Origin: a virus
Lineage: Duplodnaviria; Caudoviricetes
Direction: 5' to 3' (one strand)
DNA: 24,992 bases
Virus record (IMG/VR): IMGVR_UViG_3300027749_000459
Coordinates: 1 to 24,992 of that record
This document shows positions 13,735-24,500 of this stretch, piece by piece (the stretch's first letter is position 1; each line of letters opens with the position of its first letter). The notes below the pieces were generated by a model. That model was not told the origin of the DNA. It searched no databases and saw only the letters and a list, made by a program, of their open reading frames with translations. The translations under genes were made by a program, and so were the position numbers.

Positions 13735-14381
13735 GTACACTTGCTCAAATTGTCGATAGAATTAAATCGAACTTAACCGGGGGTATCACAACAGACGAAA
13801 CTCGTTTCGAAGATGCATTTATTGAATCTAAGATTCACAATCACCGGGCTTCTTATTTGTCTGCTATTTCACGTCAGCCTACTAGAGACAGAATCAACGA
13901 CTCATTTCTTCAAGTCTACCATATAGACTTATTGGAATACGATGTAGAATGTGACGTGGTAAAATTCACTTGCCCTACTGTAATTCAGTTGGATGAAAGA
14001 CATGATGGATTCTTTTACGTAGGTCACATTAATGGTTTAAAACCCTTTATTCGGTTGCGTACAAACTACCCTGCCTTGAGTATGCATTCTTTATTTCAAA
14101 AGGAGAAAGAAATCGTTTGGGATTACCGAGCAGATTATGATGGTCAGTGGTATATCAATGTTTACAGAAACCCCAAATTGACCAAATTATTGGTTATGGC
14201 TATATTTAATGACCCAACCGCAGTTCCAAACTATCGTAAAGACATAGATCAATATCCGTTGGACGGCGTTGCAGAACATGAAATTGTTGATGCGGTAAGT
14301 ACAGACTTGCTTCATAAAAATATCGGAATGCCAGATATGTTATCTGACTCCGCAGAAATTAACGCCCCAACTAGGAAATGA
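13731..14381 (+). CDS. Tail ring protein, 216 aa
   Basis: ATGA-coupled to the previous gene. MSTLAQIVDRI, IHNHRASYL, MAIFNDP and DQYPLD match the crAss ring protein pattern. Confidence 0.7.
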   Translation: MSTLAQIVDRIKSNLTGGITTDETRFEDAFIESKIHNHRASYLSAISRQPTRDRINDSFLQVYHIDLLEYDVECDVVKFTCPTVIQLDERHDGFFYVGHINGLKPFIRLRTNYPALSMHSLFQKEKEIVWDYRADYDGQWYINVYRNPKLTKLLVMAIFNDPTAVPNYRKDIDQYPLDGVAEHEIVDAVSTDLLHKNIGMPDMLSDSAEINAPTRK

Positions 14382-14869
14382 AAATTGAAGATGTGATAGC
14401 CGCCGCTTGCGAGGAACTTCAAATAAGTTACTCTGAGAATGCCTTATGGTTTAAGGTATTGGTCAACCAAGTGATGAGAACATTCCGTTCATCTCATGCT
14501 ACGCACGTGTACGATATTTTATTGACAGCGGAAGATTCACGCATAACATTGCCTGATGGCTACAATAAATTATTAACCGTTCACCTATGCAATGGTGGAT
14601 TGTACTGCGAAAAATATGATTTTGATATTCAAAATGACTGTATCATTTTTAAATCTCAATTGGGAATTATAGATGGTTACAAGTTTAACATAAAATATCG
14701 AGGCTTTCCTGTTGACGAACATGGCAACTTGATTTTAAAACCAGAATGGGAAAGAATGTTTGTGGCCTACATTGGATGGAAATATTCACGTAGGCATTTT
14801 GAAAGGTATGCTCCTGTAATGGATAGTTTCAAAAGAGAATATCAATTACAGCGAGTGGCTAACGTATAA
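14378..14869 (+). CDS. Tail ring/tubular protein, 163 aa
   Basis: ATGA-coupled. ITLPDGY, IKYRGFPVDEHGNLIL and AYIGWKY match the ring protein that precedes the muzzle in crAss-like phages. Confidence 0.75.
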   Translation: MKIEDVIAAACEELQISYSENALWFKVLVNQVMRTFRSSHATHVYDILLTAEDSRITLPDGYNKLLTVHLCNGGLYCEKYDFDIQNDCIIFKSQLGIIDGYKFNIKYRGFPVDEHGNLILKPEWERMFVAYIGWKYSRRHFERYAPVMDSFKREYQLQRVANV

Positions 14870-14872
14870 GAC

Positions 14873-17800
14873 ATGTCACAACTGGTAAAGTTAATGCAGT
14901 CGGGAGTAATGGATTCTGATGCCGATCCTCAGTTGATTGGGCAAGGAAACTATGTAGATGGTGTAAACATTCGTCACCGTGATTTAACGGGAGCAAATGT
15001 CGGAGGAGTAACGCCAGTAAAAGGAAATAGTTTCATGTCTCCTTGGGATGGAACATCGATTCCTATTCCTTCTGATTTAACCAAAACCATTCAAGACAAC
15101 GCCACTTCGTTGGCAGTATTTCGATTTTATATTACTGTATCAGTCGATCCCAATGCTACTTTTAGTGGCAATATTTATCTTCAGAATCTAGGTACTATTT
15201 ATACGGTTTCGCTTAGTGGTACAGCAAACGTGAGTTTGACTACTTGGAGAAATACATTGGCAGGTGCCCTTCAAGTATTACTTACGGGTGTCACAAACCC
15301 ATTTATTATTGGCTCTGTTACTAGCATAACAAGTACGTATGGGTATTTTGAATTGCGTAAGAACCCCGCGGCCACTCCATCTGCTGCTTTGGTAGATGAT
15401 GACTTTTTATTATTTGAAGATGGAAATTTAGCTGACATAGTTCAGAAATCAGAATTTGTAGACGGTACAGGTGCTTTTAAAGTAATTGGAATGCAAAGTG
15501 TTGGTAACGATACTTTCATTTGGTCATGTACACCCGAGGTTACATCTGGAAGCCCAGCGCGAACAATTAGTGAAATCGGAGTATTGGTCTCAAACCCAAC
15601 CAATGGTACCACTCAATACACAACTTTGCTTCAGTGTAAATTACTAGGCTTTAGTCAAAGTTATCAAATTCAAGCTCAGGTAGAAAAAAGAACCAATGAA
15701 GTAATTCTTTACTGGACTGACGATTTTAATAAACCGCGCACTTTAACAGTTCCGTATCCTTACGTCGCCAATGGTGTACTTATATCAAACGGAGGTAATA
15801 TCGACTTTGCCAAAGTAGATCAGCAGTTATCTTATTTTGTAGCCAACCCAAACGCTACGATTGCAATTACCGGCATAAACGAAGGCGGAGGTTCATTGAT
15901 TTGTGGTAATAAAAGATACAGTGGGAGGTTCTTAACAGACGATTTGGTAGGTACGGATTATATGTATCCAACGAATCCCGTTAACATTTATTCTGCTAAA
16001 AAAAGTACTCCTAGTAAAATCTTAGGAGATATCCCGGGGACTCAGACCAATAAAAGTGTTACGATTAAAATCGACAATATCCCGGTAAACGAATATGCCT
16101 ATTTTGAATTGGTAGCAATCGAATACGAAGGACAGACATTTACTTTAAAAACAGTACAGCGAGTATTGTTAGGATCTAACACATCAATTGAAATTACTCA
16201 CAGTAATAACGGGCAAGATAACTTTCCGTTGGCCCCGGCCGAGTTACTAGCAATTACAGCGAAGTTTACTCAAGTAAAAACATTGAAGATACATTCAAAC
16301 CGAATGTTCATGTCCAATGTAGTAGAGCAAACAGATAAAGATTTGAGTGCGTGGGCTCAGACCATTAAACACTCTATTGAACAAAAGACAATAGACTCCA
16401 TATTCCGAAACAACCGAAGCGGTACTGCGGATATGACAAAGCCCTATCCTTTATTTAAATACGGGGAGTATTTAGATCCATTCAACACTTACACGAATAC
16501 TTCTTACATGATCAATGATACCTATCGTTTTGGTATTCAAGTTCAATGGAAAGAAACTGGTAAGTGGAGTGCACCTTATTGGGTGGATGACATTCGTTTT
16601 GATACATTGGCCTACAATGTCACCGATCCCGTGGGTACGCCCGGCTCTTGGAGAAGAACCGCTAACAACATCACTACTACAAATTTGGGAGATGTCGATA
16701 GTAAATTGGTTTATATTTATTACCCGAAATTCCACAATGTTAATTTAAATTATATTGTAAATGGTGATTATTTGTATAAACAAATCAAAGCATTTAGGAT
16801 TGTTAGAAGTAAAAGAATCCCTGAAGTATTGGCTACTGGAATTGCTATTGCAGCAACAAGAGATACTTCTAGTGCGACAACTGTAATCCCGTTCCATAAA
16901 GACTTAGCGGCAGGTTATGCTGTATTTAATACGTATCCGAACAACTTTTGTCGGAGATATCGCACGGGTGCACCGGTCGAAAATATACAAGTTGGCGATT
17001 TAGATAAATCTGAATTTGCTTATTTTCATTCTCCTGATTTATATTTTAATAATTTTAATTACGCTTATTCTTCTGGAGATAAGTTAAAGGTATTAAACGT
17101 ACCTTTTTCGTATGATGAATCCGTTTTACAAGGGCAGTCAGTAGGAGACTTTGAATCTGTGTATGAAGATTTTACAGGTTATTTTTCTTCGAGTTTAATA
17201 AATTATACTGACTTTAATGTTTCCTATGGTCAGAGTTTGGATACAGGGGAGTTAATAACAAGTTTTAATGGAGGGGCTACAAATGTAAAAAACGGAATTA
17301 ACGTACCGAGTTCCGGTACTGTAAATGCTTTTTACAGTAATATGCGTTCTTGTATTGCATTTCAATTGGCTACAAAACTTTCAACAATTACCGCAGCGTA
17401 TCAGCCGTTTAGTAAAGAAGGAGTAGTTTACGCTCAGATTTTTAGAGATAAAAAAGCCAATTTAAAATACCCGATCAATAAAAACGAAAGCAATTACGAG
17501 TCAACTGGTCACATGACAGTTTTGACTGGTAATGAAAGGGGCATTTTAAATTCTATTTCTGTATTTGGCGGAGACGTATTTAATCAAAAGACACATATGT
17601 CAGTGAGAATGAGTACTTCTAATCCATCGCCAAAAAATGGTTTTGGCTTGGGTTATTCGTTTTACTCTCAGAATGTTTGCAATAGTCAAATGTTCTACGC
17701 TGTTCCGCACAACTTAGAGGACGCAGGACCAGGATATATTTTTCCTCAATATTTGGACAAACAAACTACAGGTTTTGGTGTTACTTATGGACAAATGCGA

Positions 17801-19306
17801 TATGCATTCTTGGGAGCGGGTTCTTACGAACGAGTTTACCAAGGCACTATCGGAGCAGGTTTACTGTACTGGCTTGAGTTATGGCCGGAGGTAAGTAATC
17901 AAAATAATTACGATACGCAATATAGTTTTATTGATAACACGATTGTAGAGTCAGGATTTGATCCCGCTGTTACATACAATGGAGATAAACCTGCGACCGT
18001 AATTTGGTCTCAGACCAAAGCAGTAAATGCAAGAAAAGACAACTACCGGGTATTTAAACCAATCGATACAGTTGACTTAAATTTGAACGAAGGTGAAATT
18101 ATCAACCACGAAATTCTAAATGGTAATTTGTACACTTGGCAACCATATTCAGTAAGAAGGCAATCGGTTAATGAACCTACTGCTTTACAAGGGGCTAGCA
18201 GTTCAAGTGTAATTGTGGGTAGTGGTGGAGTCATGTCCTACCCTGGTTTGCAGTTGTCAAGTTTAGGAGCCACCAAGAAGTGGGCGATGGTAAAAGGTTC
18301 GACAATCTCTGGCGGTGATAGTATGTATTGGTACAACGACCAACTCAGAAAGGTCATTCGCTTTGGAGAAAATGGCATTCAGATTATTTCGGATCGCGGA
18401 GTAGCGTCATTTTTGAACACATCTGCCAACTGGCTCTCAGATAAAGAACAACCAATTACCGGTTACGGAGTAAACGCAGGATGGAATGATAGATTTGCTG
18501 AAGCGTTATTTACGTTCAAAGCAGTTGATCCAACCATCGTTCAATACGCAATTTATGACAGCACCCCGGCTTTGATTAACTACACGGTTGGAAATCTGGT
18601 TGTCAATAATGATTTGGGTGGCGTATCGTCTGTTTTAAGCGCTACTACTGCCCCTCGGCATATCTCAGGCATGAGTTATGTATATCGTTGCAAGTTAGCC
18701 CACGTAGCGAGTTCTACGCGTGTGCCTGGAACAGGTGTATCTTGGACTACTTATTGGGATCAGTTAACGCCCGAGTCAAACCCAAGTTACTACACGATGT
18801 TTACTTTGGTGTATGACGAAATCAAAAATGGGTTTATTTCTTTCTTGAGTATGTACCCAAATATTTACGCTGTTCGCACCAACACTTTCTACACTACAAT
18901 TCCAAATGCGCAGAATAAGTTATATGTTCAGAATCCAGGCAATTACAATACTTTTTATGGTACTGCATACAGCGGTAGTATTACTGGGGTTATTAACATT
19001 GACCCGAACATGTCAAAAACTTATGAGGCTTTACAGGTGGTTTCTCATACAACTCCAAAAAGATTAGATTTCACTACGCGGGACCACGTTTCGTTTTTGA
19101 TAGACTCAGAATTTGAAAAAAGAGAAGACTTTTATTATGCCCCTGTTAAAAATGATTCAACAATTGCAGGAGTAAATAGTTCAGATACTAGTAGATTATG
19201 GGGCAGATATCTCAAAATTAAGTTTACATTTGAGGGAAATGTATTTCAGAAACTTATCGATTACGTCGTTAAGTTCCGCTCAAATCATAGGTTGTATAAT
19301 AAGTAA
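14873..19306 (+). CDS. Tail stabilisation/muzzle protein (P22 gp10-like), 1477 aa
   Basis: GVMDSDADPQLI..GNYVDGVNIR, LYWTDDFNKPRTL, TYRFGIQ, TLVYDE...FISF.S..P, KREDFYY and a terminal RLWGRYLKIKF are hallmark motifs of crAss-like stabilisation proteins. Confidence 0.88.
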   Translation: MSQLVKLMQSGVMDSDADPQLIGQGNYVDGVNIRHRDLTGANVGGVTPVKGNSFMSPWDGTSIPIPSDLTKTIQDNATSLAVFRFYITVSVDPNATFSGNIYLQNLGTIYTVSLSGTANVSLTTWRNTLAGALQVLLTGVTNPFIIGSVTSITSTYGYFELRKNPAATPSAALVDDDFLLFEDGNLADIVQKSEFVDGTGAFKVIGMQSVGNDTFIWSCTPEVTSGSPARTISEIGVLVSNPTNGTTQYTTLLQCKLLGFSQSYQIQAQVEKRTNEVILYWTDDFNKPRTLTVPYPYVANGVLISNGGNIDFAKVDQQLSYFVANPNATIAITGINEGGGSLICGNKRYSGRFLTDDLVGTDYMYPTNPVNIYSAKKSTPSKILGDIPGTQTNKSVTIKIDNIPVNEYAYFELVAIEYEGQTFTLKTVQRVLLGSNTSIEITHSNNGQDNFPLAPAELLAITAKFTQVKTLKIHSNRMFMSNVVEQTDKDLSAWAQTIKHSIEQKTIDSIFRNNRSGTADMTKPYPLFKYGEYLDPFNTYTNTSYMINDTYRFGIQVQWKETGKWSAPYWVDDIRFDTLAYNVTDPVGTPGSWRRTANNITTTNLGDVDSKLVYIYYPKFHNVNLNYIVNGDYLYKQIKAFRIVRSKRIPEVLATGIAIAATRDTSSATTVIPFHKDLAAGYAVFNTYPNNFCRRYRTGAPVENIQVGDLDKSEFAYFHSPDLYFNNFNYAYSSGDKLKVLNVPFSYDESVLQGQSVGDFESVYEDFTGYFSSSLINYTDFNVSYGQSLDTGELITSFNGGATNVKNGINVPSSGTVNAFYSNMRSCIAFQLATKLSTITAAYQPFSKEGVVYAQIFRDKKANLKYPINKNESNYESTGHMTVLTGNERGILNSISVFGGDVFNQKTHMSVRMSTSNPSPKNGFGLGYSFYSQNVCNSQMFYAVPHNLEDAGPGYIFPQYLDKQTTGFGVTYGQMRYAFLGAGSYERVYQGTIGAGLLYWLELWPEVSNQNNYDTQYSFIDNTIVESGFDPAVTYNGDKPATVIWSQTKAVNARKDNYRVFKPIDTVDLNLNEGEIINHEILNGNLYTWQPYSVRRQSVNEPTALQGASSSSVIVGSGGVMSYPGLQLSSLGATKKWAMVKGSTISGGDSMYWYNDQLRKVIRFGENGIQIISDRGVASFLNTSANWLSDKEQPITGYGVNAGWNDRFAEALFTFKAVDPTIVQYAIYDSTPALINYTVGNLVVNNDLGGVSSVLSATTAPRHISGMSYVYRCKLAHVASSTRVPGTGVSWTTYWDQLTPESNPSYYTMFTLVYDEIKNGFISFLSMYPNIYAVRTNTFYTTIPNAQNKLYVQNPGNYNTFYGTAYSGSITGVINIDPNMSKTYEALQVVSHTTPKRLDFTTRDHVSFLIDSEFEKREDFYYAPVKNDSTIAGVNSSDTSRLWGRYLKIKFTFEGNVFQKLIDYVVKFRSNHRLYNK

Positions 19307-19314
19307 TTAAAACA

Positions 19315-19322
19315 TAAATTTG
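19315..19322 (+). promoter_or_regulatory. -7 box (TAAATTTG) for the cargo genes
   Basis: Matches TAnnTTTG; 5 nt before ATG 19328, with GTTG 20 nt upstream (19291-19294). Confidence 0.65.
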
Positions 19323-19327
19323 TAATC

Positions 19328-19960
19328 ATGGCAGGACCTTATCAAGAGTTAGACGGAAACGTAGATAGTATGCCAGCCGGCAGTCCTTCACCAGTAGGTG
19401 GCGGTGGTGGCGGTGGTACGTCGTTGGGCGGTGGTCCATTGGGTATGATGATGGGGATTACTCAACTGGCAGTGGGACTAAACCAAGCCAGAAAAGCAAA
19501 AAAACTACCCTTTCCACAGTACACGGAGGGAATGAAATATGCTTTGCAAAGTCAACAAATGGCAAAAGAAAACATGCAAAGAGGATTAGGTTCAGAAAGA
19601 ATTGCCGGAATGAACCAAGCACTTGATACTCAGAACGCATTGGCTTACCGAAACATTTCGGAAAACTCTCCTCAAGGAGCAAGTTACTTTGGTCGAGTTG
19701 CGGCAATGGATAGAAATACAGGGCAACAAAACATTGTTGGTCAAGATTTAGCGTATCGTACTCAACAACAAGATCGTTTTACTCAGGCAAATAGTGCCTT
19801 GACGGCAATTCAGCAGCGTTCAATTGAAGCACAAAGATCCTACAAGATCATGGCTCAACAAGCGGCTGGAGCAGCAATCAAACAAGGAAGTGAAAACTTC
19901 ATAAAAGGCGCTGAGGGAACAGCACAAATGGGAATGCAAGCAGCAAAAATGATGGTATAA
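19328..19960 (+). CDS. Putative internal virion (ejection/cargo) protein, 210 aa
   Basis: Follows the muzzle. A Gly-rich, then hydrophobic segment GGGPLGMMMGITQLAVGL and Q/A-rich helices are typical of podovirus ejection proteins. Confidence 0.65.
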   Translation: MAGPYQELDGNVDSMPAGSPSPVGGGGGGGTSLGGGPLGMMMGITQLAVGLNQARKAKKLPFPQYTEGMKYALQSQQMAKENMQRGLGSERIAGMNQALDTQNALAYRNISENSPQGASYFGRVAAMDRNTGQQNIVGQDLAYRTQQQDRFTQANSALTAIQQRSIEAQRSYKIMAQQAAGAAIKQGSENFIKGAEGTAQMGMQAAKMMV

Positions 19961-19961
19961 A

Positions 19962-21491
19962 ATGGCAGACTTTAATTTAGCAGCGGCTGTAGGTGCCACA
20001 GGTGAGGCACCAGATTACGAGAAACTACTGAGCAATTGGCAGAAATCTCGTATTCCTCAAGGTCCAGACTCTGCTGATAAAGCCCATTTAAGAGATTTAT
20101 ACAAAATGATATCAGTCGATAAAACTGCGTATCATCCAGTATACCAAAAAGAAGTTACAAAAGCAACCCAAGATTTTTATCTTACCTACCGTAATGCAAG
20201 AGCAAATAATGATGACGATGTAGTTGAGCAAGTACAAACCGCATTTGAAAGATGGAATGAAATTGCAGATAATGCAAAGTTAAAAAGTCCAGATTTATTT
20301 GCATTAAAAAACAAAGCAGAAGGGGGAGCAAAATCAGGAATATTTGTTTCGCCTAGTGACAGATTAGCAGCAAATTTATTAAAAGATTCAAAAAGTCCCG
20401 AAGATTTTTATGGTAGACTAGAAGCAAATAAAGATGCATTGAACGATGGCTATTTTAATTTTGACTCTCAAAATCAAACTATTATAACACCGACTCACCC
20501 AACAATTGATTACGATAGAGAATTGAAATCTATTTTGTCAACTAAGAAATTAACTATTGGAGAGCAACAGATTAAATCAGCAGATGGCAAAACTACTACC
20601 ACTCAGTCCGTGCAAGGACTTCCGTTGGATAGACAGGATGCTCGTAAACTGAGAAATTACTATTTGGATAATACAGGCGAGGATCCAGGGGAAGAATATA
20701 AATATAATGCTTACGATGTTGGAAAAGAATCTTATTGGAAAACAGATCCAATGATTAAGCAACAATACAGAGCAACCCACCCTGAGTTTAAAGCACTGAG
20801 TGACGATGCACTTTACAATGAATTTTATAAGCAGCACGTCATTCCAAACACCCCAATGGTGGAAAAGACTGTTTCTTTGTATGCTGGACCACGAACTAGT
20901 CTTTATGTAAATACTGCTGAGACTAATGAGCCGGGTACTTTCCAAGGTAGTGCTACAACATTTACCTACGCTAATGGCAAAACAATCAACAGTAAGCGTA
21001 CAACAGCATTATCAAAAGATGCAGATGGCGTTGCTGTACAATGGGCAGCCAATCAATATGCAGTAGATAAAGCAACAGGATTACCAGCGTTTGACGCTAG
21101 TGATACTGGTAATTACAATTTCAAGATTGCTAACGTAATGGTTTTGCCTTGTATTAAGGCAAAAGATGCTAGTGGAAGAATCTATTGGAAACCTTTGGAT
21201 GCGACGTCAGAATCTGAAGTACAAGCCAACGGTGAATTAGCAAAAGGCTTACGTTACTTGCCATTTGCTGAGGCCACAATTCAAGAATTGAACATCTCGG
21301 CTCTTCCTACGGTAGGTGGAAAGAACATCTTGATGCCTTTGTATGAAGACGGTACTGTTAAAAAAGTAAATAATAGCAATGACCAAGGTTCTGCGTTGTT
21401 GGGTGCTTTGTTTACCAACAGAAAACTAAACGAAAAAGAAAGCATAAACTGGCGCACTGAGTGGAATAGAATGTCTAAACTCTTCAAGTAA
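19962..21491 (+). CDS. Putative internal virion (cargo) protein, 509 aa
   Basis: Long ORF coupled to the previous gene, in the position between the small cargo and giant virion proteins. No catalytic motif recognised. Confidence 0.6.
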   Translation: MADFNLAAAVGATGEAPDYEKLLSNWQKSRIPQGPDSADKAHLRDLYKMISVDKTAYHPVYQKEVTKATQDFYLTYRNARANNDDDVVEQVQTAFERWNEIADNAKLKSPDLFALKNKAEGGAKSGIFVSPSDRLAANLLKDSKSPEDFYGRLEANKDALNDGYFNFDSQNQTIITPTHPTIDYDRELKSILSTKKLTIGEQQIKSADGKTTTTQSVQGLPLDRQDARKLRNYYLDNTGEDPGEEYKYNAYDVGKESYWKTDPMIKQQYRATHPEFKALSDDALYNEFYKQHVIPNTPMVEKTVSLYAGPRTSLYVNTAETNEPGTFQGSATTFTYANGKTINSKRTTALSKDADGVAVQWAANQYAVDKATGLPAFDASDTGNYNFKIANVMVLPCIKAKDASGRIYWKPLDATSESEVQANGELAKGLRYLPFAEATIQELNISALPTVGGKNILMPLYEDGTVKKVNNSNDQGSALLGALFTNRKLNEKESINWRTEWNRMSKLFK

Positions 21492-21531
21492 TTGCCTTAA
21501 AGTTATTCGTTTAAATCTTATCTAGGTTTAT

Positions 21532-21539
21532 TATATTTG
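21532..21539 (+). promoter_or_regulatory. -7 box (TATATTTG) for the giant virion protein gene
   Basis: Matches TAnnTTTG; 4 nt before ATG 21544. Confidence 0.65.
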
Positions 21540-21543
21540 TAAT

Positions 21544-24500
21544 ATGCCTGAAGATAAGAAACCAACTCCTGCTGCCGCAACTCCAACGCCTAAAATCGGG
21601 CCGTTAGGCAAGGCGCCAGAAGATCCAAATATGGTTAAACCTGCTAACCTTGGTTCTATTGGTTTTGATAGTGTACCAACAACTGTTAAAAAACCACTCA
21701 GTAAAGAAGGAGTAAAAGTAATCAATAAAGCCGTAAATCAAGTTCGGCAAGCAGAACAACCGATGTCTACCGCGGCAGAGTTGGAACAACTCCAGGCGAC
21801 TCGAGAAAAAGAATTACAAATTGCCAAAGAGCAAGGTTACAACATCCAAAACTTATTCAATTCGGCAAAGAACAATTTCGGTAAGGTAAGAATTGGCAAC
21901 GAAGACATCACAAGCCCCGCTGAGTTATTAGATGCTTTACAGGACAGAAACAAAAAAGAATTATTCTATTTTGATAACCGTCATGCCCTAGTAAATAACT
22001 TTGATATTTACACGCTTAATGATTTAGATGCAAAGGTTTCTGGTGGATTAACTACAATTGAAAAGAGTAATTTAAAAGCACTTCCAGAAAAAACAATCTT
22101 CGATTATACAGAAGTTAAGGCTCCTACTTTTGGTCAGCCGGGTTATCGCCCACAAACTGATCCAATGGGAGGCAGTCAACTTGACCCTCAGAATAAATTT
22201 GAGTTAGGTCAAAAGAATTACAGCGCGATTCAGACATTCAAAAAAGTTGTTGCAAACGGATTGAACGTAACCGCTGATGGAACCAAGTTAAACTCATACC
22301 AAGATTACTTTACTTACTTGGCAGACCCTCAGCAGAGAGATGCATATGGACGTAAGTACAACAAGCAACTATCAAATTCTGAGTTAGTATCTGCGAGCAA
22401 TATTCTTAAAGCCAGTCAGATATTACTTGACGGTGCTTCTACCGTGGCGTTAGATTATATGAAGCGACGTGTAATGGATGATGTTCGTGTTAATACCGCG
22501 GACGATCACATTTCAACTACATTGTTGGGCAAGACTGCTACGGTTTATGACGAGGACATAGAGAATCCAAAGAGTTTGCCGGCCCTTACCGAAGATGATT
22601 TAGGTCGTGTGGTGTATGAATATGAAAACGGAAACGAGATAACTTTGAGTGTTGGCAACAACGATAAAAATTTACAGGACAAAACTGATTACACGTATAA
22701 GGATTTAGTAAACTACTATTCTAAATTAGGTTTGACCGGGGATGAAATCGATGCCAAGTTTGCCAAGTACAAGCAAAATTACATTTACAACCAAGCAAAT
22801 GGCAATTTACAAATCAAACGTAATGCAGAAGGTTTCTTTGAGAATGAAAAAGGTCAACTGATTTCAAAGTACGATCAATCTAAAGAACAGCGCGCACGTA
22901 CTGAAATGTCAGATGTTGACAATCAGATAGCAGACTTGTACGATGAGTTGAGAGGGATCTACGAATCTCGACGGGCTGGGGCTTCAGAAATCGATAAGAA
23001 AGCATACGGTCCAACGGTAAGCAAATCTGTATTTGCTAGTAGTCCCACTCTAGGATTAGATGGACAACAGATCAAACGCATCAGTGCCATCAACACATCG
23101 ATTGCTAAACTCAAGCAACAGGCTGGTTACAATGCTCCAGAATTCTTTGATCCTAGCGGTAAGAGAATTGATCAACCTGAGCAGTTACAGCAAATAAAGA
23201 AAATCTACGATCAAACTCTTGAAGAAGAAAAAAAGAGTGATATTGTATACTTAAAGCAAACGAGAAATGCTTTGTACGAACAACTCGATATACTTAAGGA
23301 GAAGATCGACAAAATCAAAAGCGTTACTAGTAAAATAGAAGTAACGGCTCCAGAAGGATTTGAATATGACAACACTCCATATTTTATTAAGTTAACCAGG
23401 GCGTTTACTGGCATACTTGGTCAAATTGATGTACAACAGTCAGATACCCAAAAAAGTAACGACGCATATTTAGGTAAGTTGCTTGATCAATACGGGGATT
23501 TAAGTGCAAGAGTTAAAGCAACCAACAAATTAATCTACACCAACACTGATTTAACAAAGCAATCGGAAGATGGATGGATTAAAACATTTGGAAAATCAAC
23601 AGCAAAGCAGGTGGCTGAAACATTCACGGGTGATGTCTACAATACAACAAACGATGAAATCGAGCAGACGGCCAACTTCTTAACTGAAAATGGATACTAC
23701 GTAAGCCCCGAAATCAAAGAAAAACTGAACACTATTTACGAGAACAAAACAATTGGAGAAGGCTTTTTGGAGTCATTGAAGATTGGTATTGAAATGAGTG
23801 GCTATTCTCGTGGCGGTGCAGCGGAGTTAAAGAATATTTTTACCGGTCAAAAAGCATTGTTGTTACGTTCTTATATGATGAGTCGTTATGGACAGACTGG
23901 CTCAGCCGCATTCAACTTGATGGAAAGCGCCGTAGTAAAATACGGAGTACCAATCTTTTCTTGGGAGGCGTCAGGACAATCTGGTAGTGGTGCTGTCGCA
24001 GAACAAGTCGGAACTCAGATGTACGACAAGTTAACTGGAGTGATGAAGTTTGGAAATTTGATCCCATCAAATATCTTTGGTCGTTTGATGTATACTGCCG
24101 GGCGTACACTTTTTGGTACGGGGGGTCAGATGACAGAAGAAACTTTCTCTAACACCTGGTCAGTAATGCAACAAAATGGCTTTGACATCATTGATGCCGT
24201 GAAGAGAGCCTACGGTGATACAGAAGACGAACGCTTATTGAATTTACGTGCTACTGCAACTTTGTGTTTCACAATGTCAGCATTGAACCTAGAAAATGTA
24301 GATTTGGTATTGAAAACCGATCAACAATTCAGAGCACACCTTGATGCTTTAGGTACACCTCCAAGTGCAGTAGATACTGAAATTTTGCGTATGCTTAACG
24401 AAACAATTAAGCATAGTGAATGGGATGAAACGAAAACCCCACAAGTAGTACAGGCGGCCGGAACTACAATGTCTGGCGATGTTCCTGTTACCGCTCCTTC

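Noticed and set aside
5980-24109. Numerous 60-141 aa antisense or alternate-frame ORFs in the track (e.g. 6479-6886, 7427-7852, 8041-8406, 20577-20945)
   Set aside because: They are fully nested opposite or within long, motif-supported genes, with compositions expected from antisense reading of biased codons.
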